Of a stretch of DNA of 64,000 nucleotides, positions 18,520-32,005 are shown in pieces. The DNA lies in the NCBI RefSeq assembly GCF_009914755.1, contig NC_060933.1, one strand, 5' to 3'. Below the pieces are notes generated by a model. That model saw nothing but the letters and a program-made list of their open reading frames with translations. It had not been told where the DNA came from and ran no database searches. The position numbers were made by a program, and so were the translations under genes. The stretch comes from the human T2T-CHM13v2.0 reference genome, Homo sapiens. How positions within the stretch are numbered: position 1 is the first letter of the stretch; every line of letters begins with the position of its first letter.

Positions 18520-18725
18520 TAATGACAAGCATGTCTCAACAATGTTGCTCCCACTCAAACTATTATCTGATTAAATCCTCATAACAGTTCTAAAATATAG
18601 ATACTAATTTATAGAGGGAAAAACTGAGGTTAATAGAAGTTAGCTAAATTGTTATAAATAGCTCATCCAGCATGTGGCAGAACCTGAAACTTAGATTGCC
18701 CTGCCCTAACCATTATGCTGCCTCC
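18520..18725 (-). mobile_element. MIR
   Basis: ttaaatcctcataac...atagagggaaaaactgaggttaatagaagttagctaa. Confidence 0.65.
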
Positions 18726-18817
18726 TAACAATAAATAAATACATACATACATACATAGGTCCAACCAACCTAAATTATATGCTACAACTTAAATCAGTTA
18801 AAAAAATTTTAAGTTAC

Positions 18818-18848
18818 CTTTTAATTTTCTTCCATTCTGCCTCAATTC
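18818..18848 (-). other. Candidate 31-nt micro-exon
   Basis: Minus strand: tcttaac-tactttctattctccag|GAATTGAGGCAGAATGGAAGAAAATTAAAAG|gtaact. Confidence 0.3.
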
Positions 18849-20121
18849 CTGGAGAATAGAAAGTAGTTAAGAAATTGTAAAAGCTTGGAAACACTGGACG
18901 GATGTTGTGGGAAAAAAATTGTAAAAGCTGTAAACTAATCACTGGGTTGGGAATGGGGGGAGGAGAAAACTGAGGATGTGAAAAATTAAAAAAATAAAAA
19001 TACAAGAAGGGGTTGTACTGCAGAATGTGAAACAAACAGAAAAAGGTAATCTAAAGGAAAAACCAAAGAGAGAGTGCAGAAAGGCTGAACAGCCCCTGAT
19101 TCAACCCTCAGAAGGCAGAGACCAGTTTTGTGTTATTCTACAGAGTTTGGTCAGTATGAAAAACTAAAGAACATTCCTAGGATGAGCCTTACCCAGTGGA
19201 AGAGCCATCGTAGAGTGGCTGAAGGTTGAAATGAATTTACTGGCAGGGGAAAAAAAAAAACAACAACAAACACTAGAGAGGTAGCTGTACTAAAGGTCTG
19301 ATGAAGTGACTCACTGAACAGGCAAATAAAAGGAATATTACTATATTAAGAAATGAAAAAAAAGAAAATTGGACACCCTCAGAGTTGCACTGGAATACTA
19401 GTGTTACAACTCTCAAAACAAAACAAAAATTGTTCCAAATTGACATGCCTGGAGTTTCCTCAAAGACTCTAGCACGTGGGCTCTTTTCTCTTTCCTAACC
19501 TAAGAAAGCAGATTGAGTTGCTTGTGAACCTATCATTCAGAGAGCTCAGCCACAGTATTTGCAGATTAGTGCCCAAATCTCCAAATTCGCAAATGTAGTG
19601 CTGGTTCTATGGCACCAGGATTTAACTATGCTCTCTTTTCATCCTCCAGTGCTTATGGATGGTGCTTATGGATGGTCCCCAAAGCTAAATGAAATCCCCA
19701 CATCAGATGAGGTCGCCTTTTCCTTTGAGATTCAAATAAAGTCCTCACTTCCCTAGCCAAAGTCCTGTGGGAAGATCAATGCCTTCACCAAGAAATTTGC
19801 AAATTCTTTGTGCTTCTGACCTCTCTGACGTCCTGTTTCCTGCTGACATTTCTATTTCATTGACATTTCCTCTTCCCTGGCTGTTTTCTTCTTTCTACTT
19901 ATGTCTAATAAACGAGCCCCTTCTCTACATTCTCAACAAACAAACAAACTAGTGCATATATATGTTTTATAAATAGGACTTATATTTTCATTATCCATAG
20001 TGATCACTGTCACTGTATTCTCTGAACACTAATCATTTGGGGAAAGCAAGTAATAGCCCTTTGTTTGGCTTACCAGCCAATTTTAAAGGTATTACTAATA
20101 TGTGATATATTTGAAAATTAT

Positions 20122-20408
20122 GGCTGGATGCGATGGCTTACGCCTGTAATCCCAGCACTTTGGGAGGCTGAGGTGGGCGGATCATCAGGTCAGGAGATCG
20201 AGACCATCCTGGCTAACACGATGAAACCCTGTCTCCATTAAAAATACAAAAAAATTAGCCGGGCATGGTGGTGGGCACCTGTAATCCCAGCTTCTCGGGA
20301 GGCTGAGAATGGCATGAACCCGGAGGCAGAGCTTGCAGTGAGCAGAGACTGTGACACTGTACTCCAGCCTGGGCGACAGAGCAAGACTCAGTCTCAAAAA
20401 AAAAAAAA
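20122..20408 (+). mobile_element. AluY
   Basis: gagatcgagaccatcctggctaacac, agcttgcagtg; TSD gaaaattat at 20113-20121 and 20409-20417. Confidence 0.95.
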
Positions 20409-22323
20409 GAAAATTATGGGTTAGTACAGAAGAGGACCTACTCTGACATGTTCTTAACAGCTTGACCACAGTGTCCTGATGAGTCACCTGTGGACACAAC
20501 TTATTCACACAGAATATACTGTTATAGCACTTTTTGAGCAGGGGAAGGCAGAGTTTAATAGGCTTAGAAATTAATTTGGCCAGAGTCACATGATTAATAA
20601 ACAGTAGGACAAGACTAGCCATCGGGTTGTCTCCCTCTGAGTCCCAGTGAGATAGCTCTGAGAACCTCTCATTCTACACTGCTCCCCAATGCAAGAACAG
20701 AAACCAGTAAATGTGTCCTGTGGAAGCCAGCCACCATGTCCATCAGAGCTCTCTAAGGGCTTGATCTAACTCATCAGGTTTCACCCCACAGTCCCTGGGG
20801 AGGTCTCTATTTGGCATACATAGTTGAGGCAGGTGAAAATTTCCATAATCGTATTAATGTACTATGTTTTAGTAAAACTTGTTATTTAAAAAAAAACAAC
20901 AGCCTTTAGCATCATTTTTCTATTCTAACATTTGTAATGGGCCCCTCTGCCATTGTCTCTAAAGCAAATTCATGTCTCACATGCCTCTGATGAGCTTCCA
21001 ATCTATATTTATGAAGTTATCCATTACTACAGAAACATCCATTTAATTCTTCTGCCTCTCCAACCTCCGACAATTCATCACCCCCTTAGCATATCCAGTT
21101 CTTTTACTGGTTTATTACCTTTGTGCACAATGTATTCTTTAACTTTATTTACTTGTATTAAAATCCAATATTCGAAGGCTACCTAATTCACAAACACACA
21201 CAAGTACGTAGCCCTCAATTTGATTTTTTAAATTTTAATTACCTTTGTCCTTTATTATCACAGAACTTTGTTTCTAAACTATCATATCTTCTCTTGCATG
21301 ATAATAATTTCTGCATATGCCTTTTTTCTATTCTATAAGCACAAGGACATGTTTCATCTTTGTATATTACCCTTTTCTCACTTCTCCCTCCCTAATTTAT
21401 TTAAGACATCGTGTTTAACAATAGGCTAATTTATTTAAGACATAGGGTTTAAAAATAGTATACTGAATTATGTTAAGTCAATGTCTTTTCATAGACTATT
21501 AATTGTGATTTTTTCTTCATTTATAAGATACCAACTACTAAGTTGGCACTTTCCAAAAGTTTAAAAATCTTACCAAAAAGAAGCTTGATACTGCTTAATC
21601 CCACTTTAAGTTCTTTGTTTATTTTTGGTGACAGTTTCAACAACTCCAACTTAAGGCTTTTGGTCCTCCTGAAACTCATAAAGGAATGCACCACTACAGA
21701 GATAGAAGCAGATCCCTGAGTTTCCAATACATACAGGTTCATGCTATGTACTTGACAAAGGATTATTGTTCCCAAATGATGAAGGGAGAATTCTTACAAA
21801 ACCATACCTTGTTGCTTCTTAAGAAACTAATAAGCATACAGAATACACATTATGTCTGGTTGTTTTAGGCAGTGAGTTTGGTGTTTCCTTCTTATCTAGT
21901 AAGACATGTTGCTGAAATCCCAGAAAAAAAAAGGAAAAAAAGTAGTGCCTCAGGTAGATTAAAGGCATCCATGTATGGTGGAGGAAGGAAAGAAGAAAGA
22001 CAGGAAGAAAATGGTTGATTCATTTTTAATTTAGTTATAAAATCCTTATTAAACAACCATAGTATATTAGTATTAAGGTCAAAAGCCTCATAGTGAGACA
22101 CCAGATTTGAAGCCTGGCCCATCAGGGTTGGGATATATATTGAATTTAGGAGAAAGTGCGTTAGTTAAATTGATAGTAAGGATATAGCTGAAACTCCAGA
22201 TAAAACTTACAAGGATTAATATATTATCTATAGTTTATAATTAACCTCAAAATTACTTAGATATCTTTAAGAAAATGTTTAATACTTTAATTCAAAAATA
22301 TTTATTAAGCACCCTGTGGAATA

Positions 22324-22731
22324 TGCATTAGTCAGGCTTACTGTATACAAACAAATCCCAAATCTCAGTGCCTTAATAAAACAGAAGTTGATTTCTCACA
22401 AATGCTGTATTGCCCATGTGGACACCTCAAGTGAGACCGCTTCACATATAACTAGGATTTCTAGGCAGATGAAAGCCCCATAATTTTGTGACTGTACCAC
22501 CTGGAGCTAGGGGCCTCTTCAGTCACCTTGGCAAAAAAAGACAATGCTAGAGAATCTTGCAATTAAATGCTTAGACTTGGGTATGACTCACTCAGCCACT
22601 TCTGCTCAGATCTCACTAATTATAATAGGCCATAGCCCAACCCAACAATAAGGGGATGAAGTATATTCCACCAGTGTCCCTAGAGGGATAGGAAAATTAA
22701 ATAAATGAGGACAATACACATCTCCATCACA
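22324..22731 (-). mobile_element. Old MLT1 (J/K/L-like) solo LTR
   Basis: tgcattagtcagg...acaaacaaatcccaaatctcagtg...cacttctgctca...catcaca. Confidence 0.65.
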
Positions 22732-23939
22732 GGATACAAAAATTTAATCAACCAGTACCATCCTGGTTCTATACTCAGTGTTTTCATGACTTATTTCCCT
22801 CTCAGATATGGCTTTATTGTTAGAAAGAAATGTGATAATGAGAAGAATTGATGCAAGGAAACCAACACAATATAAATAAGAGTCAAATACCAGAGCATCT
22901 TTATCTCCATACCTTCACAATGAACATTAGAGCTGAAATTCATCCAATATACACTGTACGGGATTGTTTTTTGCTGATCTTTATTCTGATTGGTTGGTTC
23001 TCTCTTTTCATTCATCAGGGCACATGACACACCCATTTGTTAAAGATTTTGAACATCACTCTTTGTTAAAGATTACAGGAATCCATAAAATATGGAGATG
23101 CCTGGAGTAGTATTTTAAAACAATCTATGTATTATAAAACAACATTATAGCTATAATAAAAGGGTGTGTTAATGTATGCTTTTATTGCTAAGTATATTTT
23201 TTACGTTTATCTATTTTACATGTCAATGCTAAATAGTATAAATAACATGAGTGTTTTGCTAAATGACTATGTATATAATGACTTGTCTTCTTAGTTGCCT
23301 ATCTTATTTACTTGATAAGCAGAAAAGAAACTTTCCAAATTATGTTCACAAATTGCATCTTCAAGGATTAGTTTTAAACAAATAAGCAGATAAATTATGT
23401 CTAACATATTTGCTTAGGACAAGAGAAAAGCTTTGAACTAACAAATTATCTATGCAAAAATGCATGGGTCATCCAAATCATTCCCCTAAAGCCCTTTTAT
23501 GTACTAAGAAAGCAAGCAAAAGCAATTCATGTTTAATTAATGTATAGCATATCTAGCATATTCATTTCAGAAATCACACTTTAAATCTGACATTGAAGAG
23601 TTATATTTTTGTCCCTGGTGGGAAAAAATAAGTTTAGGGTATTTATTTTCATTTTACCAGATATTTATAGTATATGATAGAACATGAATTGGATTGATTG
23701 AGTATCAGGAGACCTCAATTTTACCTCAACTTTATTCCTAAATTGTAAATAAGCCGAATTTCTTTAAGTTTCAGTTTATTCATCTTGTGAAGAAAGTAAA
23801 TGATTTTTAAGTTTTCTTCCAACTCCAGTCTCCCATGTCTTAGAGATTTTACACTACCATAGAGGTTTATGGTTGCCTCATAGCTTTTGAAGAGGCAATC
23901 CTCTTCACGGCAGCAATGCAAAATAGTTACAAGTAAAAT

Positions 23940-24120
23940 CACTAGAGATAGACTGTCTAGATTTGACTCACAGCTTTACCACTGTCAGTCGTCTAGTCAG
24001 TAAAACTGAGATAATAACAGCATCCAATTCATAAAATATTCAGCAGATTAAATTAGTTCACACTTGCAAATGCATCTAGAATATTATAATGTAGCAAGCA
24101 CTCAATTATCATGAGTCATG
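23940..24120 (+). mobile_element. MIR
   Basis: gtaaaactgagataataacag...agattaaattag...agcactcaat. Confidence 0.55.
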
Positions 24121-24271
24121 ATATCGTTAGGCACTTTTTGTTTGTTTGTTTTTTGCTGTGTGAAAATGCTGGTATCCTAATGGTGATGGAATTTACTGAG
24201 CTACTATTCATAAAACATTTGAAATAGGCTATTAAACTTTTTCCATATGGTGCTTAAGATAACTTGGTGAG

Positions 24272-25137
24272 TGATATTGTTTGGCTGTGTCCCTACCCAA
24301 ATCTCATCCTGAAGGTGATTTCCCCCATGCTATTATCCTGATAGTGAGTGAGTTTTCAGAAGAGTTGATCGTTTTATAAGGGACTTCCTTCTTCACTGGG
24401 AACTCATTCTTCTTCCTGCTGCCATGTGAAGAAGGATGTATTTGCTTCCCCTTCCTCCATGGTTGTAAGTTTCCCTGGCATGGCACCTGTAGCCCCTTAG
24501 TTTAGGCCAGTTTCTCCCATTTGGAATAGGTGTCTTTACCCAATGCCTGCACCCCCATTGTATCTAGGAAGTAACTAACTTGCTTTTGAATTTACCGGCT
24601 CATAAGCAGAAGGGACTTGCCTTGTCTCAGATAAGACTTTCGAGTTGGACTTTTGAGTTAGCACTGGAATAAGTTAGGATTTGGGGGTACTGTTGGAAGA
24701 ACATGATTGTGTTTTAAAATGTGAGGACCTGAGATTTGGGAGGGGCCAGGGATAGAATAATATGGTTAGATTTTGTATCCTCACCCAAATCTCATCTTGA
24801 ATTGTACTTCCCATAATCCCCGCATGTTATGAGAGGGACCAAGTGGAGATAATTGCATCATGGGGGCAGTTTCCTCCATCCTGTTCTCGTGATAGTGAGT
24901 TAGTTCTCATGAGATCTGATTGTTTTATAAGGGGCTCCCCCCTTCACTGGGCAAACATTCTTCTTCTCCCTGCTGCCATGTGAAGAAGGATGTGTTGGTC
25001 TTCTCTTCCTCCATGATTGTAAGTTTCCTGAGGCCTCCCCAGACATGCTGAACTGTGAATCAATTAAACTTCTTTCCTTTGTAAATTACTCAGTCCCAGG
25101 TATGTCTTTATTAGCAACGTGAGAACAGACTAATACA
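24272..25137 (+). mobile_element. THE1 (THE1C-like) MaLR provirus: partial 5' LTR 24272-24477, 3' end of internal region, full 3' LTR 24758-25137
   Basis: tgatattgtttggctgtgtcc start, gactaataca end, polypurine tract tttgggaggggccagggatagaa, TSD GTGAG at 24267-24271 and 25138-25142. Confidence 0.93.
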
Positions 25138-25924
25138 GTGAGCCAAAATGTATCAATAATTAGGGGGCTGTACATCACAGGTTTAACAAGAAAATAGTAA
25201 CCACAATGCCAAGTGACAGTAGCCAAAGCTATGAGAAGCAGGTGAATTATTTAACATTGGCTGTAAATATAGGTGTCAAATTAGGCAACACTGCATTGGT
25301 TTCTAACAGTTGGTGGATGAGATATCCTGGCTGACCTTCATGCTGAAGACAACCTAAGATATTAGATAAAATACTAAAACAAAAAATGAAACATGTTTCC
25401 TAAATACATTAATGATCTAGCAAGAAATTTTAAAGTATTTGTTCTAAAGCAAGTGGGTTAAAGTTAAAAAAAAATAGCATATTTACATAGTCTCAAAGTG
25501 CGTTATCCTATAAAAAAGGAAAAATACAGGATTTTAAAGGCATCATATTAATTACAAAGAAAAAGATAATAAGTATACAATAGAAAAATCAGTAGTAATC
25601 AACTTAACCAAATGATTAAAATTAATCGCCCTAGTAATAAGAAAAGTAGACATCATGAGCCTTCTTGTATGATGCAAGGAGAATATGACTTTTGAAATAT
25701 TTATACCAAAACGCATAACTGAATCTAATCATAAGGAAACATCAGACACATCCAAACTGAGATGTAATTTACAGAATAACTGGCTTGCACTCTTCAAAAA
25801 TGTCATTATCTTGCATGATAAAGAGAGATTGAGATTAAAGGACATTAAAGAGACATGTGATCCTATGCTTTCTATTTACTATAATAAATGTTATAGGGAC
25901 AAGGAGGAAAATTTGAAAAAATGT

Positions 25925-28001
25925 CTACGCAGTTTTAAAATACATACAAGAATATTTGATGCTTCTCCCTTCAGAAGATAAGCCTAATTCCCCTATCCAT
26001 TAGTGTGATTTGTACTTTGTGACTCACTTCTAACTAATAGATAGTGGTAGAAATAGAGATGTCACTTCCCAGACTAGATAATTAAATAGCTTCACCCTTG
26101 CTCTCTCTCCTAGATCGTGCACACTGAGGAAGACAGACAACAAATAACTCTGCGGATAGATCAACATAGTGAGGAACTGAGTTCTCCAAACAGCAGCTAC
26201 ATGAGTGAGCCATTCTGCAAATGAATCATAAGCCCAGGCAAGCCTTTATGTGACAACTGTTTGAAGATAACCATACATAAAGACTTGATCCAAAACCATT
26301 CAACTAAATCACTCCAGATTCTTGACCCACCAAAAAAAATGTGAGATAAGTGTTTTGTTTTGTTCGAGTTGTTTTTTATTTCTTTAATTTTGGTAATATA
26401 TATATAACAAAATTCACCATTTTAGCCATTTTTAAGTGTATAATTTAATTGGCATCTAGTACCCTGATATTTTTTTACTGCCATCACCACCACCCATCAA
26501 AAGAACTCTTTTCTTTTTAATTTGAAAAGTATTACTGTTAATTTTACATCAAATGATTCATAAAATTTACCAGTGCAGTCATCTACTCCGGGCTTTTTTA
26601 TTTTTTTCCTTGAGAAGGTTTTGATTACACATTTAATATCTTTACTAATTACAGGTTTATTCAGATTTTCTATTTCTTCATGACTTATTCTTAGTAGATT
26701 GCATGTTTCTACAAATTTGTCCATTTCATTAAGATTATCCAATTTGTTGGCATACAATTGCTGGTAGTACTTTCTTATAATCCTTTTCATTGATGTAAAA
26801 TAAGTAGTAATATTCCCTCTTTTATTTCTAATTTTAGTTATTTGAATCTTCTTTTCTTCCCTTAGTTTGTTTAGCTAACGGTTGTCAACATTCTTGCTCT
26901 TTTCAAAGAACCAGTTATTGGTTTTGTTGAATTTCTCTATTGTTTTTCTACTATCTATTTTGTTTATTTCTGTTGTAATATTTATTATTTTCTTACTTCT
27001 AGATTTGGGTTTTGTTTGTTCTTCTTTTTCTAGTTCCTTGAGATGTAAATTTAGATGGTTGATTTGAGATATTTCTTCCTTCTTATAAATATTTATAGCT
27101 ACAAACTTCCCTTTAACACTGCTTTTACTGCCTCCCACAAGTTGTTATCTAATGCATTTTTATCTTCATTACTCTTGAGATATTTTTTCCAATTTCCTCT
27201 GTGACTCCTTCTTTTTCCCATTGGTGGTTTGAGTGTATTGTTTAATTTACACATATTTTTGTGATTTCCTGTTTTCTTTTTGCCATTGATTTCTACCTTC
27301 AATTCATTGTGATCAGAAAATATAATTTGTATGATTTTAATCATTCTAAATTTATTAAGTTTTGCTTATTACCTAATATATGGTCTATCCTAGAGAAAAT
27401 TCCATATGCACTTGAGAAAAATGTGTATTCTCCTATTGTTGGGCAGTGTTCTATATATGACTGTTAAGTCACATTGGTGTATACAGTTGTTCAAGTCCTG
27501 TGTTTCTCTGATCTGGCTGGCTGTTCTACCCATTATTGAAAGTGGAAAATTCAAGTCTCCTACTATTATTGTGGAGCTTTCTATTTCTCTTTTTAATTCT
27601 GTCAGTGTTTGCTTCAACTGTTTAGTAGCTCTGATGTTTGCTGCATATATCTTTATAATTATTACATCTTCTTGGTGATCTGACTCTTTTATCACTATAT
27701 AATGTCCTTCTTTTAACCTTTAACAATTTTTTACTTAAAATATATTTTGTCTGATATTAATATAGCCATGTTTGTTCTATTTCAACTACTATATGCATGG
27801 AATAGCTTTCATTTTCAATCTATGCATGTCCTTAGAACTAAAGTGTGTCTCTTACAGAAAGCATATAGTTGGATTTTATTTTTTAATACAATCCACTAAT
27901 ATATGTCTTTTGATGGGGAGGAGGTTGTCCACAAGTGTTTGTTTTGTTTTGTTTTGAACCACTGTATTTTGGAGTAATCACAGCAATAGAAAACTAACAC
28001 A
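25925..28001 (+). mobile_element. MLT1F-like LTR split into about 25925-26364 and 27932-28001
   Basis: gtgactcacttctaactaatag, gaggaactgag, ttcttgacccac...gtgagataa; resumes ccactgtattttggagtaat...aaactaacaca. Confidence 0.7.
26365..27930 (-). mobile_element. L1MB-like element, internally deleted, inserted in MLT1F
   Basis: L1MB 3' end (aaattcaccattttagccatttttaagtgta) joined to ORF2 N-terminal remnants (ORFs 27390..27695 IYA..GDLN, 27099..27344 SDHN, 26497..26790); aagtgttt(t)gttttgtt on both sides. Confidence 0.8.
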
Positions 28002-28650
28002 ATACCTGTAGATTAGTTAACAGTATCATATCAATGTTAATTTCCTGATTTTTATAATTATACTATGGTTATGAAAAACACATTATTAGTTTAAGGGAAA
28101 TCATATGAATGTATCTTCAGGGTTAAGAGATATAATGCCTCAAATTTTCCCTAAATGTTTCATAAAGACAGCAAGATGACAATGCAATGTGGTAAAATGT
28201 TAACTGCTGGCAAAAGAGGGTGAAAGTAAATTAAATTCTTTGTTACTATTATTGCAACTTTGCTTTAGGTCTAAAATTATGCTACAATTTTAAAGATTAA
28301 ATAAAACTTAATTTGGAGACTACAAATTAAGGACATATTAGAATCCACAGTGGAAATATAGCACTGACACTAACTTTTAGCTTCTCTGGGTTTCCAGAAG
28401 AAAAGAAGACTGAAAAATGAATAGAGGTAATATACAGATAGACACTCACTGAATATTTTACAGAATTGAGGAAAGATATTAATATGAAGATTAAGTAACC
28501 TAAAATTCAAAAAATTTAAATTAAAGGAAATTAATGCCTGGACGTATAGTACAAATGCATGACACTAAAGCCAATGAAAAAATATTAAATATTGCAGGAG
28601 GAAAGATTACCTTCTTCAAAGACAGCAATAGCTTGACAGCTGACTTATAT

Positions 28651-28961
28651 ACTTTTTTTTCCTTTTTTATCTTTTTTTTTTTCTTTGAGACAAAATCTCA
28701 CTCAGGCTGGAGTGCAATGACACAATCATAGCTAAATGCAGCCTTGAACTCCTGGGATCAAGTCATCTTCCCAACTCAGCCTGTCGAGTAACTGGGACTA
28801 TAGGTGCATGCAACCACAGCCAGCAATTTTTTTGTATTTTTTGTAGATACAAGGTTTTGCCATGTTGCCCAGGCTGATCTTAAACTCCTGGGCTCAAGCA
28901 ATCCACCTGCCTCAGCCTGCCAAACTGCTGGGATTACAGGCATGAGCCACCATGCTTGGCC
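28651..28961 (-). mobile_element. AluJ
   Basis: J-type gcagccttgaactcctggg, ggctcaagcaatcc; flanking gctgactt repeat. Confidence 0.9.
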
Positions 28962-30208
28962 AATGGCTGACTTCTGAATTGCAAAGATGATGACCAGAGT
29001 CCAGTGTCGTAATAGGTTGAATGTAACAAAATAAAATAACTGGTAACTTACAATCATATACTTAAAAAAATGGCTTTCAATGAGGAGAATAAAATAAAGA
29101 CCTTCATAGACAAACAAAAATTGAGCTTTTGCTACCAACAGATAATTACAAAGGGACATCTTAAATGTTCTGCAGGAGGAAGTAAATAATCCTGGAAGAA
29201 AAATGTCAGATAGAAAAAGGAATAATGAGCAACGTCAGTGACCAATATGCTTATTCATGTATATTAAACAAAAATGAAGTTGTCATCGGGATTAAAAACT
29301 GTAATGGAACAAAAATATATAAAAATTGCATGTAAAATAATTGTAGTTAAGTTATTTTGAGCACCTATATTATTGTGAAAGTGAATAAAGATTAAAACTG
29401 ACACTTTGATGAGTTTATGCATCATAACTGTTCTAGTGTTTATATTAGAAATTAAAATATGGTTATTAATTTTACCATATTAATAAAACATGGTTATTAA
29501 TAACAGAAACATGAATGAGAATAATTAATTCAAAATATCTAAGAAATACACAAAGATAAAAGGGATTAGATAAATAAAAAACAAAAATAACAGTGAAGAC
29601 ATAATAAAAATATGGTAGCATTTGTAATAAATGTAAATAGACTAATTACCTCAGCTAAAATACAAAATTCAAAGCTGTGGCTGAGTGGCAGAGAAGCAGT
29701 ATGGTTCCATTAATGTACATTTCAAAAATTTATAATTTATATATCTCACAGTAAACATATACTGGTAAAAATGTAGCCTAAAATCATAATAAAAAGCAAA
29801 ATAATGATAATAAAATTCAAAAGAAAAGTTATCTCTGAGAAGTCAGAGAAAGGGATTGGATTAAGGAAGAACATACTTGCTAATTCAGGATATGTTAATT
29901 TTTTTTCCTTACACTAGATTCTAGGCATAATGGTTATGCATTGTATACTTTCACCTACCCATCATATATTTTAAAATGTTTGTTTCCCTCCATAGTCAAT
30001 AAAACCAATAAAAAAGAGGTAGCATCAAAAATAAAAGATTTTAGATGAATATAGAATGTATTGTATCTCTGGTCTGATGCTACCTTTTCTGTCATCTTGA
30101 GAAGGAGAGCTGTCTTTGATTGATGAACCAGACTGAATGAATACAGCACTGCAAAAACTAAACCTGGGGCAAATCTAGATGACCATTAACCTCTGCCAGG
30201 TAGTTAAA

Positions 30209-30731
30209 TGTTGTAGACTGCAAAAATGTCCCAATTTCTCACCACTGCCTTTATAGTGTGACCTTGCAACTACCTCTATCCAGAGGTGGAGTCTATTTGT
30301 CTATGTCTTGTTTCTGGGATGGGCTTGTAACCTGCTTTGACCAATAAGATGCAGAAAAATATATATATATATATGCTGGGTCAGTTCTGAGCACTGGTCT
30401 CAAGAAATTGTAAATACTATTCTTTGTCTTGAAATCCTGCTATCCATTCTGTGAATTTGTCTAAGCTACCCCATTGTATGATGAGAGATATGTGACCCAG
30501 TCACTCCTGTTGTATCTGTCAGAAAGTTGAAAATAGGTGAATGAGGCCATCCTGGAGTAGCCAGCCTTGGCCTGCCCTACAGTTGACTTCATGTGAGTAA
30601 GTGAGCTCAGGTACAATACTGAATCTAGGATCATCAAAACTGCCTGCCCATTGACCGGCCCATTGACAATAAATGATTGTTGTATTAAGCATGTAAGTTT
30701 GGGGGTTAATCAAAGCAGATATTAATCAGAA
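30209..30731 (+). mobile_element. MLT1H/G-like solo LTR
   Basis: ctgcaaaaatg, gaggtggagtctattt, tgctttgaccaataag, aataaatgattgttgtattaagc. Confidence 0.7.
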
Positions 30732-31829
30732 ATAAATGGATTCTACAACTTTATAAGCACTATTTCCTTCCTGTTGCTCTTTTGTTGTGAAAGTACTCAG
30801 AAATGTTAACCTGGATATAATTCTGTAAACATATTGAAACATGAAGTGGCCATGAATATTTCTATTGCATTTAAAATGTCCCCATTTTGAAAAATTTGAG
30901 ACATGGAAATCTTCAAAAATGATAGATTTAAAGTTACATTTTTAAAAAGCCAATGGGATAGAGTTTCTTAAGGATAAAACAGAAAAACTCAAGAGACACG
31001 CACAGGTTAGGAAACAGATGAGCTGATTTTCCTTCTTTCAATTTGTGGTGCTGTGAAAACCTTGTACTATGGACCCACAGTATTCATGAGAACAAGAGAA
31101 CAGGGGTGGCAGGAGGTATTTTTAACAAAGTCATCAAGGTACTCATGAGGATGGCATATTTTCCATGAACAAGCAGCATAACTTAGTACTTTGCTCAAAC
31201 GCCACACACAGCATAATGGAAATGGCACTTTCAGAATACTGATTCTCCCACAGGGAACTCAACAGTGAACTAGGAAAAGATCACAGGCTCTGACAGTTGA
31301 TTGGTGAATTAATTAGATGTTGAACTTCTTTAATGCTATGGTAAATTACATGTGGAACATGCACTCAGAGTCATAAAAAGATTCCAAGGATGCTAGGTGT
31401 CACACAACAGTAGGGCAAAATGTAATCAGAATCCAGAGCGGGGCCCAATGCAAATCGGTTTACCAGAGGCCTGCTGAGATTAATCTTACTTGTATCCTTT
31501 TCTGAGGGGAAAATTTGGAGTGAGTGGCACAATTATTTAGGCTACAAGCAAAGGGAATTGATGCTTTTTTATTATTCTGTCTAAATTGTTCTTGACACAG
31601 ACTTAGAATGTTAATATTTATCAACTTTTTACCCACCTTTACAGTCCCACCTCCTCATGTAATCTATCAAGTGATAGGAGATTTTGTAGAAAAAACCAGT
31701 GAGAGGGCGATTTTTTATTCTGCTGTGACCACATTACTGTCATTGCTGCCTATATGCTCTCAGAAAATACTTATTGTTGGCCTTTGTTGCTAAATACATG
31801 TTGGCATGTAATATATTGTTCTTATCTAT

Positions 31830-32005
31830 TGTGTGATCTTAGGCAACTTAATCTCTTTAGCCCTCAATTTCTTCATTTGCAGAATGGGGACAATGACAGT
31901 ATTCATTTTGTAGCGCTATAATGTTAATTAATTATGTAAATATTGCAAAGTACTTAAAATAGTGCCCGGCACATGGCAAGTGTTATAAAAGTTGCTGAAT
32001 GAATA
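31830..32005 (+). mobile_element. MIR
   Basis: gtgtgatcttaggcaacttaatctct...cttcatttgcagaatgggga...agtgcccggcacatgg. Confidence 0.8.

Larger units (their letters stand above)
25470..28300 (+). mobile_element. L1MC/L1ME 3' UTR split into about 25470-25925 and 28003-28300
   Basis: cttaaccaaatgattaaaattaa, aatctaatcataaggaaacatcagaca; resumes tatcaatgttaatttcctgattt...attgcaacttt. Confidence 0.65.
25310..29960 (+). mobile_element. Highly decayed HAL1/L1ME-like element in pieces (about 25310-25460 and 28320-29960)
   Basis: 5' piece taaatacattaatgatctagcaagaaa; ORF1-like gtttccagaagaaaagaag...gacagctgactt; L1ME-type 3' end near 29800-29950. Confidence 0.45.

Noticed and set aside
19650-19676. 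13-bp tandem duplication tgcttatggatgg; similar small repeats near 23036, 39290 and 40561
   Set aside because: Ordinary slippage-scale duplications.
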